Translations under genes and position numbers: made by a program
Notes under the pieces: model-generated
Seen by the model: the letters and a program-made list of their open reading frames with translations, nothing else
The model's database searches: none
What the model was told of the DNA's origin: nothing
Part shown: positions 13,204 to 25,500 of the stretch, piece after piece
Position numbering within the stretch: position 1 is the first letter of the stretch
Layout of the letters: every line of letters starts with the position of its first letter
Source: Octopus sinensis
Lineage: Eukaryota
DNA: 64,000 nucleotides
Assembly (NCBI RefSeq): GCF_006345805.1
Contig: NC_042999.1
Location: forward strand, 5,518,001 to 5,582,000
Direction of reading: 5' to 3'

Positions 13204-13830
13204 ATGGCATCAGGAATAACGGAAGAACAGGCCATGCTGAATGACTTCTACCTGAGACAACTTAACCTGCCCGATGCGCTTACATTGGATAATATCATTG
13301 AGAACTTTTCTATGCTAAATTTAGCGTTTCCTTCAGATGTCTGTGAGGTGTGCTGCAGTAATTCTACCTCTGTTCACTACCGGCCATGCTGCAATTACCT
13401 GGTCTGTTCTTCGTGCTTAACACGTTACCTGTCTGAGAAGGTTCAGTTAGGAATTGTCAACATAAAATGTCTTAACACCTGTGAGCATTACATTAACCAG
13501 GACGATATCATGGCTTACTTACCATCATCTCTGAAAGAGAGATTCAACAAGTTTCTTGTTGATGCCAATAAGGATCCTTGTGTGAAAACCTGTCCAAACT
13601 GTTGTTCCATTATCTCGATTGACAAATCTGAAATGAAGCATAAAAAATGGAAAAAAGGTTTAAAGGTCGTTTGTTCCACCTGTTCAACTGCGATATGCTT
13701 CCCTTGTCAAGCACAATGGCACGAAGGAATTACTTGCAAACAATTCCGGAAAGGAGACAAAATGGTCAAATTTTGGGCTAAAAATTACCAAAATGGTCAG
13801 CTTAATGCACAACGATGTCCAAAATGCAAG
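13204..13830 (+). CDS. RNF217: RBR E3 ubiquitin ligase RNF217-like, coding exon 1 (RING1, IBR, start of RING2)
   Basis: Acceptor tttattacag at 13201, then ccATGG. Translation CEVCC...RPCCNYLVCSSCL...VQLGIVNIKC, CPNC...CSTC...CFPCQAQWHEGITC...KGDK...NAQRCPKCK closely matches vertebrate RNF217 as recalled (VQLGQVEIKC, WHEGVNC, KGDK, NAQKCPKCK). Donor aag|gtagga, phase 0. An upstream coding exon cannot be excluded. Confidence 0.93.
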
Positions 13831-14546
13831 GTAGGAAATCTTTGATTTTTTTTATTGACTTCTTCGTTGTTTAAGCATTAACTCCAGGTTCATAAGTCAT
13901 CATCATTTAATGTCCATTTTCCAGGTGAGCATGGATTGGATGGTTTGACAGGCTGTTAGTCTCAGAACTGCACCAGGCTCCAATGTCAGTTTCAGCATGG
14001 TTTCTATAGTTGGATGGCCTTCCTAATACCAACCATTTTATTGTGTGTATTGGGTGCCTTTAACGTGGCACCAGCGCAGGTGTCTTTTACACGGATGCCT
14101 TTCTGTGGCACCTTTTGCGCAGACGCCATTTGCACAGTGCCAGCATAGGTGCTTTATACTTTCTCCTTACTGACAGCATCCTGTACATGACTTGTTACAG
14201 CCCTCACCAACCACTCGGCTATCTCTGACTTCTGCATTGGCCCCCAGATAAGGAGGTGGAAGGTCCTGTCAAAGGCTTTCTCCATGTCAACAAAAGCCAA
14301 CTAGTCAAGAACCCCTAATATTGTCTCTTAGATACATCCTGCCCCAGTTATTACTGGTAAAAGTTTGTTCAAATAATTTTGCCAACAGCTGAAAGGTGGC
14401 AACCTTTTTTTTTTTCCTCTTATTCAACCTTGTCTAAAAAATCTCCGACTTGGGTTTAGTTTTAATTCAACTTCATTTTCTCTCCTTCATTATTCTGGAT
14501 TCTTATCAATTATTTAAATCTTTTCTCTTTCACTTGTTTCAGTCAT

Positions 14547-14728
14547 TAGTTAGTTAGTTAGTTAATTTTTTGGCTCAAAAAGCAAAAAGCAAGGCCATGT
14601 AGGGGGACATGGAGTTATGTACAGAGTGGTGTTCATGTAAAGAGTTCAGGCCACTTGTGATCAAGGGAGACTTTGAACCGAGCGGTCATCGGCATCTTCA
14701 CCATCTCCTCTGGCAGCTTATTCCACGG
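14547..14728 (-). mobile_element. CR1-type LINE 3' end with (TAAC)n tail, nested in a SINE
   Basis: Minus strand reads WNKLPEEMVKMPMTARFKVSLDHKWPELFT*; flanks are the two halves of a family-B SINE. Confidence 0.75.
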
Positions 14729-16564
14729 ACTGTGGCCATGCTGGGGCACTACCTTGAAGCAATTTTTTAGTCAAATGAATCAATACCATTGCCTGATTTA
14801 AAAAAAATTTTTTTTAATTTTTTTTTTTCTTTTCTTTTTTTTTATTTTTTTGTTTTAGTCTGGTACTTTTTCTGTCAGTCTCTTTTACTGAACTGCTAAG
14901 TTACAGGGGACATAAACACACCAATACTAATTGTCAAGCAGTAGTGGGGAACAAGCACACATATACATGCAGCAGGCTTCTTTCAGTTTCCGTCTACCAA
15001 ATCCACTCACATGGGTCTGGTCAACCCAAGGCACTTGGGTAAAAGACACTTTCCAAAGGTTCCACGCAATGGAACTGAACCTGGGACCATGTGGTTCAGA
15101 AGCAAGCTTCTTACCACACAGCCCTGTCTGTGCCTCTGATAACATTAACTTCAGTTTGAATATTACTTTAGAGAGGAAAAACAATTGTTTTGATGGAATT
15201 CTTTTCCATTTCACAACCCACATCTCTTTCGTCTTGGCTTTCACTGATTCTCAACATTCCCCGCCTGCGATTCTGCTCTCTCTTATAAACTCCTGCTTTC
15301 TTTGTGTGTTCCATTTTAAGTTTGTTTCAATCAGTGAAATATTAGAGGACTGTTTAAAAAAATACAAAATGTGTTAAACAAAACTTGTTTATTCAAACTG
15401 TATCTTACAATTCTGTATTTGTCATCATCATTTAATGTTCGCTTTCCATGCTTGCATGGGTTGGACGATTTGACTGAGGGCTGGCGAACCAGACGGCCGC
15501 ACCAGGCTCCAATCTTGATCTGGCAGAGTTTCTACAGCTGGATGCCCTTCCTAACGCCAACCACTCCGAGAGTGTAGTGGGTGCTTTTACATGCCAAATT
15601 AACTAACTAACATGCCACTGGCACAGGAGCCAGTCAGGCGGCACTGGCAACGACCACGCTCGAATCTCTTACACATGCCACCAGCACAAATGCCAGTAAG
15701 GTCAAGCTGGTAACGATCACGCTCGAATGCTACCCTTTTACATGCCACAGCACGGGGGCCAGTTAGCCGCTCTGTCAACAATCACGCTCATATGGTGCTC
15801 TTTGCACCCCACTAGAATGGACGCCCCGCTAAGATTTTGTATAATGTATATACTGTTTACTTTAGTTTGATTGGTGTCCTCATCTCCACTGCTGTTTTCA
15901 CTTCATTCCAGCTGTTGTATGCTCCAACCTTCTTGAAGTGTCTTGCCTTGAACTCAATTGTATCGGAATTTCAAACCTAACACTTTATTTGATCCACGGA
16001 GTTTGTGCTGTTTTCATTCCACTCTCTGCATTTCATGACATTATTTTTCTTTTTTTCTTTTGTGAATTACCTTGGTGCCTGAGGTTGAACTCTGGACATC
16101 TAGGTGACTACACTGCATTGACCAACATCCTTATCCACTATACTATGCCTGTAGGCAGTGACAGGGTGAATTATGGAAATCCCTCACCCATCACGGGTGA
16201 TACATTCCAAAACCCTCCACGATAGGTGAAAATCCACAAAGTAGAAACAGTACTATACTGTATATATTTTTTTATTATTTTTATAATTTGTATTTATTTT
16301 ATTATAATTGCAAAACAACACCATGGAGGAATCGATGTAAGCTTAAATAATAAACCGCGATAGGTGAACTGCAATATGGTGAGGAATTACTGTATTTTTA
16401 ATCCCTTCTGCAGATAAGTACTAGGCTTACAAAGAATAAGTCCTGGGGTCGATTTGCTCAACTAAAGGCAGTGCTTCAGCATGGCTGCAGTTAAATGATT
16501 GAAACACGAAAAAGAAAAAAAGGATATGATATTCACCACTCCCCTTTTTTTCTTTCTTTTTCAG

Positions 16565-16766
16565 ATTTTCATCCAACGTTCCACTGGCTGTGATCAAATG
16601 TCTTGTAAGAAGTGTGATACCAATTTCTGCTATCTTTGTGGAGATAAATTTCGTGGAATTAAATTTTTTGGTGATCATTTTAGCAAATTAAGTGTATTTG
16701 GTTGCAAATACCATTTCCTTCCACAGAAAAATATTGCCAGGAAATTGATTCGAGGAACTTTATTTG
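16565..16766 (+). CDS. RNF217: RNF217-like coding exon 2 (RING2)
   Basis: ttttttcag|ATT; IFIQRSTGCDQMSCKKCDTNFCYLCGDKFRGIKFFGDHFSKLSVFGCKY...IRGTLF; donor g|gtaagt; 202 nt, phase 0 to 1. Confidence 0.95.
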
Positions 16767-16830
16767 GTAAGTAAAACCCATGATTATTCCTTAACATAAA
16801 CTTTAGAATCAAATCATTTATTGGAATTTA

Positions 16831-17206
16831 TCAGAACAACTATCGCCCGGCGTTGCTCGGGTTTGTTTTGACCCTTTAGAATTGGAATTTTTGAAAAGTA
16901 AAAATTTTGCATTATGTAGCTTGTTATTCTCTTTAAGTGAACTTAAAAATGGCAACACAGCGGTCAAAAAATTGTTTAAAAAATATGGATTTTCATAGAA
17001 AAAAAGCACGTTTTTAATGTAAGTAATTTTTGGTGTTAACATGGTCCAATTTGAATTTTTTCTTCTATGGAAGGAAGAACAAGACTTCTTCTATCATACT
17101 CTCAATTTTGGTCAACTTGCACCGCAAGGTCTCGGAGGAGATAGTGTTAGTTGAAGGCTACCAAACCTGCCGGACACAGACAACTTCAGCTTTATATAGA
17201 GAGAGA
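16831..17206 (-). mobile_element. Complete non-autonomous Helitron-type element
   Basis: A|TC 5' end, same subterminal hairpin, CTGA|T (CTRR) 3' end, no TSD. Confidence 0.75.
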
Positions 17207-18074
17207 TTAGCAGCACATTTTGATTTCATTTTTTTTCCACTCTAACAAAGGTAATTCTTGTAGGGAAACCCATACAATTGTTAAAACAAATTGAGGAAAA
17301 GATTAATTCTTATTTTATCCAGAAAGAATAAAAGATTCAACTTAGAATGATTTAGATGCAAAACAATGCAGCTAGTTGTGGTAAAATAGCTGGCCCAGTG
17401 AATGAACAATTTCTACAGTTCTTTGGATATTTTTCTTAGATTCCGATATTATTTTCAACTATTGGTTATGCAGATTCCTCATTGTCATCCGTCTCAACAA
17501 ACAGAAGATGGGCAGAAAATTATTGTTTTCTGAGCTGTCAAGACTTAAACTAAGATTTTTATGGATCCATAGTTTATATTTTGGCATTGAGGTGTCACTG
17601 CTGTTTGTTGGTTTGGTCCACATTAAAAGACACATCTCATATTACTAGCTTCAAAGATTGAGTTCAAGGGCTCCTTAGAGAGTGAAGAGAGATTTGCAAC
17701 CCCAGGAAGGCAAAGTTTTTCATGATAAACAAAGGCCCCAATAATAAGGGATCTAATCACTTGTTTAACCGATATTTCAGTGGAAATGGTAGAAGACCCA
17801 AAGATTCAAAGTTGCAGTTATAAATTCTATAACTCCATGAGAGTGATGAAAATTTAATCTGCTCTGTCAGTCACGATTAAACCCATTTTGTACCATCTTC
17901 CAATAAATACTTGAAGCAAACATTTGGTAATGCTTCCCAACTGGTGTTGGTGCCGTGTAAAAGGCACCCAGCACACTCTGTAAAATGGTTGGTGTTAGGA
18001 AAGGCATCCAGCTGTAGAAATCAAGCTGAAACAGACCATGAAACCTAGAGTGGTTCCTGTCCATCGTGACCTGA

Positions 18075-18280
18075 CTTTTTGTCCGATGTCACTTTGTCCA
18101 ATGGCTCCTTGTCCACGTCTTTTGGTCCGACGTCTTTTTGTCTGATGATTTTAAATAAACTCTTTAAAAAACAAGGTAAACATCAAAATCGAATAACCAT
18201 TGAGAATTTTGAATCAAAAGATGTGGACAGAAAGACATTTGAGAAAAAAAGCATTTGATGAAGTGACATCGGACAAAAAG
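18075..18280. mobile_element. MITE with perfect 20-bp inverted repeats, nested in a SINE
   Basis: CTTTTTGTCCGATGTCACTT / AAGTGACATCGGACAAAAAG with internal TTGTCC subrepeats. Confidence 0.7.
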
Positions 18281-18332
18281 ACATAGCACCCATGTCCATC
18301 TGTCCGACCCATGCCAGCATGGAAAACAGACG

Positions 18333-18813
18333 TTAAACCTTTCGTTACTGTATTTATTTTGCGATGCTCTGTTTCTTTCAATTAATTTTAAATATAACAA
18401 AGAATTTAGTAAGATAACTTAGTTATCATTCAGCTAGTGTTAGGAACATAAATTGTGACTCAGGTTTGGTGGAAGATTTTAATACAAAACTTATAAAAAC
18501 AAGACATTTGTACTACGGAGCGAAAGACTGTTTCAGGTAGGCTGGTAAGAACAGGGTTAAGAATTGTTTCTCTATTATATATTTTAACCCTTTTCTTACC
18601 ATATTTCTGTTGAGATTCTCTTTGTTTCTTTCAATTAATTTTAAATATAACAAAGAATTTAGTAAAATAACTTAGTTATCATTAAGCTAGTGTTAGGAAC
18701 ATAAATTGTGACTAAGGTTTGGTGGAAGATTTTAATGCAAAATTTATGGAAACAAGACATTTATACTACAGAGCCAGAACTGGTTTCAGCCGGATTGGTA
18801 TCAAAAAGGTTAA
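18333..18813. mobile_element. Tandem pair of piggyBac-type MITEs (about 230 bp each); further copies at 29410-29610 (partial), 32994-33201, 50760-50988, 63077-63305
   Basis: TTAA-CCCTTT...AAAGGG-TTAA ends and a conserved internal sequence. Confidence 0.85.
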
Positions 18814-18913
18814 ATGTTGATGGTGATGAAACACGATGAAAGTATAAACTATAAAATAATTTTCCCAGTTCTACAAGTCAATATTATAAGAATTTGTTCT
18901 TCTTTGTCTGCAG

Positions 18914-19075
18914 GTGGAAAGTTGCTGGCTTCAGTTATGCTCGGTGGCTTGGCTGTCGGGGTTGGTGGCGCTCTTGTAGGATTGGGCTCTGTCTTCCTCC
19001 CAATTTACGGAAGTGTCTGCCTCTATCGACGCTTGAAGTATCGAAGAAAGGACTTAAACAGATTCAGAACCAACT
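18914..19075 (+). CDS. RNF217: RNF217-like coding exon 3 (transmembrane segment and basic stretch); runs on to TAG at 19081-19083 if the donor is not used
   Basis: tctgcag|gt; GKLLASVMLGGLAVGVGGALVGLGSVFLPIYGSVCLYRRLKYRRK hydrophobic helix then basic cluster; donor t|gtaagt, phase 1. Confidence 0.9.
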
Positions 19076-19165
19076 GTAAGTAGACTGATTGATTTGATTG
19101 TTGTTATATCCTTATCCCTTGTGAATATTCCTGGCACTTTGCTACCATTTCTATCCTGTTGTCTC

Positions 19166-19220
<55 letters not shown>

Positions 19221-19242
<22 letters not shown>

Positions 19243-20283
19243 GTGTAGTGTTGGCGAATGTCAGGAAGCATGGAAGTTTTGAAGGATGCAGTGCTCCGAC
19301 AACTAACAACTGATGCTGGCAGTTTGTTCCATGCTTCAGCAACTCTTAGCGTGAAAAAAATGTTTCCGAAAGTCATGGAAGGAGCTGTGCTGTTTTCTGA
19401 CTTTGTAAACATGTCCACGGGTGTTAGACAGGTGGAGTTTGAAAAGGTGCTCAGAGTTATTGTTTGTAAGATGGTTAATAATTTTATGGGTGTCTGCCAA
19501 GTCAGCTGCCAGATGTCGGAGTTTCAATGTATCCATGCCCAAGGAAGCAAGGCGTTCAGAATATGGCAAATGCCTGATGGAGGGTATTCTCTTGGTTGCA
19601 CATCGCTGAACAGCTTCCAGATGATTAATATCCTGGGCAAGATAGGGGTTCCAGACCGGTGATACAAATTCCAGGTGAGGTCGCACCATAGCCATATAAA
19701 ACCTCAGATAGATAGCCGGAGAGCAACTCACAAAGGATTTGGTGAGTGATGCCAAGACACCCTCAGCCTTCTTGACAATTTTAGCGATGTGTTTTGTCCA
19801 ACGCAAATCACTATCGACAATAACACCCAGGTCACGTTCACATGAAGACTTTTTGAGACTAGTGTTGTGGAGGGAGTAGGTGGACGCTGGGTTTCTCCTC
19901 CCAAAATGCATGGTGGTACATTTGTCCACAGCCAGCTTGAGTTGCCAGTCCATGATCCACTGCTGCATTGCGTCCAGGTCTGCTTGCAATAGAGATCTAT
20001 AGTGTACAGGATCTGACCTCTTTATTTCGAGGTACAGCTTGATGTCATCTGCATATTTCAGCACTGTGGCATTCTTTAAGTTGGCATCTATGTCATTAAC
20101 ATATGCAACAAATAAAAGGGGGCCAAGAACAGATCCCTGTGGTACACCAGCACCAGATGTCATCTCATAGGGTGAAGAGTGCTGTCCTAGAACTGTGACA
20201 ACCTCTTTTCGGCCGATAATAAAGGACTTCAACCAGTTATAGAGATCGTCTCTTACACCCAACGCAGAGAGTTTTCACCATAA
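19221..20283 (-). mobile_element. 5'-truncated CR1/Jockey-group LINE reverse transcriptase fragment in the last RNF217 intron
   Basis: 308-aa ORF with GVPQGSVLGPLLF and YADD motifs; one extra T in a homopolymer shifts the final VAEAWNKLP...RQHYT* segment. Confidence 0.93.
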
Positions 20284-20509
20284 GTCATCATCATCATCCA
20301 GTTTAAATGCTAATGGTTTAAGAATTCTATGGATGGTTCTTTGTGTTTGTTTTATGTCTATTTTACCACATTCCTCCATGTTAAACAAATACATGGATTA
20401 AACAAATACAAAAAGTGAAATCTTTTTTTTTTTAATAACACTTTTTATATTAGATTTATTAATTTTTTTTTTCATTATTTAATTTTATTCTTTTATTTTT
20501 TTCCCACAG

Positions 20510-20844
20510 ATTCCAACAACAGTTTCGACGACCTCCAACTCTACTTTTCCAGAACGCACAAACTAATATTAGACGAAAACATGGACTTTATCCACAATTA
20601 CTCTTCAAAAGAAACAGATAATTCTTCAGACATAAAACTCGAAGGAATGTATAACCTGCCAGGCAGTTTGTCTCAGCTCCAAGATGATTCTGATTTTGGT
20701 CATCATATTACCCTGTCCGTCTCCGACAGTTGTGAGTCAATAGCATCAAATCCTAACACATATTTTCCTTCTGACTCTGATGACAGTTCCATTTATTCAG
20801 CCTCGTCTAGTAGAGGTCGTTTAGACTTGCCGACTAATATTTAA
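20510..20844 (+). CDS. RNF217: RNF217-like putative terminal exon 4 (Ser/Asp-rich tail)
   Basis: Long pyrimidine tract then cccacag|at; phase matches the exon 3 donor (T+AT=Tyr); open for 111 codons (YSNNSFDDLQ...GRLDLPTNI*), in frame with listed ORF 20581-20844. Confidence 0.75.
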
Positions 20845-22231
20845 ACCAAAAAATTTATTCCTCAAATCTTTTGAGTGAAAAAAAAACATTGTGATAAGAC
20901 TTGTCTTCGTTAATTTCTATAATTGTTTCAATAACTTATTGAACCAACTTCCTAAGAAAACACTTCATCATTACAGAAAATATTTTACAATTTTTGTTTT
21001 ATTTTTTCATGAATTAATTAATATTTAATTAATTGAAGGTGTTTTATTTATTATTTTGTGACAAACGATTATTTTTCCATAAATTCCTACGAGATAAAAA
21101 AAAGTAAAAACTTTTTATTTCTTTTGTAGGAATGGTTCAATACAACATGCATTGTTTTATTGTCAGAATTCTTTTATTGTTTAATACAAGACAACCATTC
21201 CACTCTTTGTTACCTTATTCAAATGGAATATTGTGTCTGGTCATAGAATTGGAAGCATTTTAATATTTTCTTTTCTCTTCCTTTCTATTTATGAATCCTC
21301 ATTGCTGACTGAACGTCCCCATGGGGATGTTCCCAATCTTTATAAACTAATTTATATTTTATCCATCTTAATGCGGGTTCCCCATTTATTCTGGGGCAAG
21401 GAATTTTTTTTACCAATGCTAAACTTAAAAGATCATGATTCTACATTAATATTAAAAATTTCTTAATTTTATTTCTCTTCTGGGACCAAGCAAAATACCA
21501 TTCCCAACACATGTATCAGCTTTTCTTATTCCTTTTTAAAATATTTCTCTGGGCCTGAAAGCTCTAGTGTAGCTTATTATTTTCGGTACAGTTGACTTTT
21601 TGGTGCCTTCTAACAAAATGAAGTAATTTCAGGTAAAGAATTTCTGAATTTCAATTTGCCAAACTTATAGGAGCTGCTAAAATATTGAGGTTTATCTTTA
21701 ATAAATCCATTTCTAAAGCAAGTTAAATCTTTAAGGAATTGTTCCTCGTAAACCAGTCCATATCCAATATACTCCCAGCCAATAACATTTTTTGCATTTT
21801 TTGTCCAAATGAAAGTAACCACCAAAATCTATTTTGTTTTCGTATCATTTTCTTGGACAAATTGTCCAATACTTTCCAACCAGTGAAAGACATTCAAATA
21901 TTTTATATTAAATGTTATAGAAAAGTTAATAATCCAGAACTCGCCTTCTTAAAAGAACCCTTCTAATAATGTTTCAGTTTTAGATACATCATAGGAACAT
22001 TATTTACATTTGACGGATATTTGTCCTCATCTTGTTTGTTGTTGACGCAATGTTTCGGCTGATATACCCTCTAGCCTTCATCAGGTGTCTTGGAGAAATT
22101 TCGAACCTGGGTTCTCATTCCTAAGGTATTTTTCGATGTTGATATTATTATTATTATTATTATCATTCAGGTCACTGCCTGGAATCGAAAAATACCTTAG
22201 GAATGAGAACCCAGGTTTGAAATTTCCCCAA

Positions 22232-22277
22232 GACACCTGATGAAGGCTTCAGGGTATATCAGCCGAAATGTTGTGTT
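22232..22277 (+). ncRNA. Minimal type I hammerhead ribozyme motif (least degraded copy)
   Basis: GACAC-CUGAUGA-A-GGCU..AGCC-GAAA-UGU-U-GUGUU; stems I and II pair; the family consensus has palindromic ACGU in helix III. Confidence 0.75.
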
Positions 22278-22550
22278 AACAACAAACAAGATGAGGACAA
22301 ATATCTGTCAAATGTAAATAATGTACATAATTCCTCATCTCTTAAATATAGAACTGTAACATCATAGGAAGTTGAGGTATGACTGGGATAAATCTTTAAG
22401 CAAGGATATTGACAAGGCAGCAGCTCTTTTAACATTTTCAGGATGATCCAACGGTTGATTGTGATGTTTAGAATCTCAGTTTGGCTTCTTCTCAACTTGA
22501 ACTTTCAACTCTTTTATTTATATCATCATTAAGTCTGAATTTTATTTATT

Positions 22551-22588
<38 letters not shown>

Positions 22589-25500
22589 GAAAATGGAATT
22601 CTCTTTTACTCTTTTCTCTTTTACTTGTTTCAGTCATTTGACTGCGGCCATGCTGGAGCACCGCCTTTAGTCGACCAAATTGACCCCGGGACTTATTCTT
22701 TGTAAGCCCAGTACTTATTCTATTGGTCTCTTTTGCCGAACCGCTAAGTGACGGGGACGTAAACACACCAGCATCGGTTGTCAAGCAATGCTAGGGGGAC
22801 AAACACACACACGCATATATATATATATATATATATACACACGACAGGCTTCTTTCAGTTTCCGTCTACCAAATCCACTCACAAGGCATTGGTTGGCCCG
22901 GGGCTATAGCAGAAGACACTTGCCCAAGATGCCACGCAGTGGGACTGAACCCGGAACCATGTGGTTGGTTAGCAAGCTACTTACCACACAGCCTAATGAC
23001 ATTCTTTATTCAAAATCACTAGAATTGTTTCTACACATTCTCACACCTGTAATTCATAGGCGAGATGTTATTATTTATCATTTGGCTATTTATGTAAACT
23101 CTACAGATACAGAATTCCTGATGTATATCCAGTTGCGGGAGTATTTCCACTGTATGATGACACCAGGTAGCCAATAACTGGGGACAAGCTTTGCATAGCA
23201 TTCTGCAGGGCTTTTGCTTGAATCTCAATATAATCTGTATATATTCTCACTACCCACAAAATCCCTCAAAGCTATGTCCTGACACCCCTTTGCCATCTCT
23301 CTCTCTCTGCTTTCCCTTCCAATTGAGTAATCCATGTATCTATAGCAAGACCCTTATCTCTGTCTCTTTATATCTTTAACCTCTCAATTGGCACAAAGCT
23401 GCTCCATCAATTCTTCTCCCCACTCCCATTTCAAGAGTTGGCATTTACATAAGAGAGAAAGAAAGCCATAAAAAAAAAGGAATGAAAATTATAGAGGTGA
23501 TAATAAGGTGGTGGTGGTGGTGTCGGTGGTGACGGCATTGATCAACGACAGGTGTAGAAAAGTGCATGCATTAACCTTTGTCACACTGGGGGTGAATTAT
23601 GTCACAATACTAGTTTTCTCCCCTGTACCTGCAAGTGTATTTGTGTTGCATTGAAAAGGGAGAAAACTTTTACAGGGATATGATTCACCTACAGTGTGCT
23701 AAAGGTTAAATTGTACAGTTTTTTGGGGTTTTTTTTTTTCAGCCAATAAAAATAGTTTGCTGTCAACTCCTTACAGACACCCACACCCCAATGATTATGG
23801 CCTTACCAACACCATCACCACAACAAACTATTATAGTTTTCAGTGTATTTGTGTATGATTCATTTCCATTTCATTTTTGCCCCCTCTTATCTTTCACCCC
23901 CTCAACCAACACTTGTCACAACTTCCTCTGCCATGTTTCCCTTCCTCCCTTGCCATTCCCACCACACAATAACTATAGACGTCTACAGTTCTCAGTTTTT
24001 CATTTGCAATTTCACTGGTTGAAATTATCCCCGCTTTCAGAACAATTGCTTTGTGGCAAAGACAATCTGATCATTTGAAAACAAGAGAACTGCCTGCCTT
24101 CTACAGTTCTTTCTGCCTCAACAAGCATCATCAGCACAGCATTTGACCTACCTTGTCCCCAGCAGAACAAAATACCTGTCCTGCTCCTGCTAGAAATTGA
24201 TCTCATTTTGCTGTCTCAAATCTCTCACGAAGTGGAAATAATTTTTATAAATGAAGAACTTATCTTAAGCATTGGCAGTTGACATGGATGTATAAATCAT
24301 ACACGCAAATGTATATCTTGTATGTTTTTTGTTTTTTCTTTATATATGTCTTTGTTCAAATACATACCACTGACCAATTTGTCTTGCTTTTTTTAATTCA
24401 TTTCATTTCTGAAAACTACCTTTGACATAAATGTCTTCTACCTTGTATGTGTGTGTGTGTGTGTGTGTGTGTATTGTACTTCTGTTTTCACCATTTATAT
24501 TGACTATAGAAAATGTAAAAGATTCGAGCGAGGTCGTTGCCAGTACTGCCTGACTGGCACATAAAAGCACCCACTACACTCTCGGAGTGGTTGGACATTA
24601 GGAAAGGCATCCAGCTGTAGAAACTCTGCCAGATCAAGATTGGAGCCTGGTGCAGCCATCTGGTTCGCCAGTCCTCAGTCAAGATCGTCCAACCCATGCT
24701 AGCATGGAAAGTGGACATTAAATGATGATGATGAGGCATAAAAAAAAAAAAAAGACCGAAAAAAATGGCTATTAGTACCCATTTTTCTATTTCGGCTTTA
24801 CATACCCCAATATTAGACAGTTTTCTGTAGTCGGGGTATGTGGTGAAAACTTGTGTACAAAATTTCACTCATTTGAGAAGTTAAGGAATTGAAGAGGTAA
24901 AGCACAGAATATGATCGTCTCATGCTAAACCATGAGTTGTATGGTGACTGTCAGCTTACCAAAATTTCCTTTGATTTCAATATGGGACAAAGTGTACTTC
25001 TTACAATGTTGATAAACTCTCTTATTTGTATATTGTCCACATTTTGTCATCTAAACTAGCTACAAACATTCTTGAAGCTTACTAACTTCCTACACTTGGA
25101 TTGTACTTACCTATTACTTATATATGTGTGTGTGTGTGTCATCATTTACCATCTACCTTCCATGCTGGCATGAGTTGGAAATATATATATAATCTGTTAT
25201 AAGACTGTGGTCATGCTGGGGCACCACCTTGAATTTCACTCGTGAATCCATCATCATCATCATCGTTTAGCATCCGTTCTCCATGCTAGCATGGGTTGGA
25301 CGGTTTGACCGGGGATCTGGGAAGCCTGCACCAGGCTCCAGTCTTATCTGGCAATGTTTCTACAGCTGGATGCCCTTCCTAACGCCAACCACTCCGTGAG
25401 TGTAGTGGGTGCTTTTTACGTGCCATCTGCACAGGTGCCAGGCGAGGCTGGCAACGGCCACGGTCGGATTGGTGTATTTTACGTGCCACCGGCACGGAAG

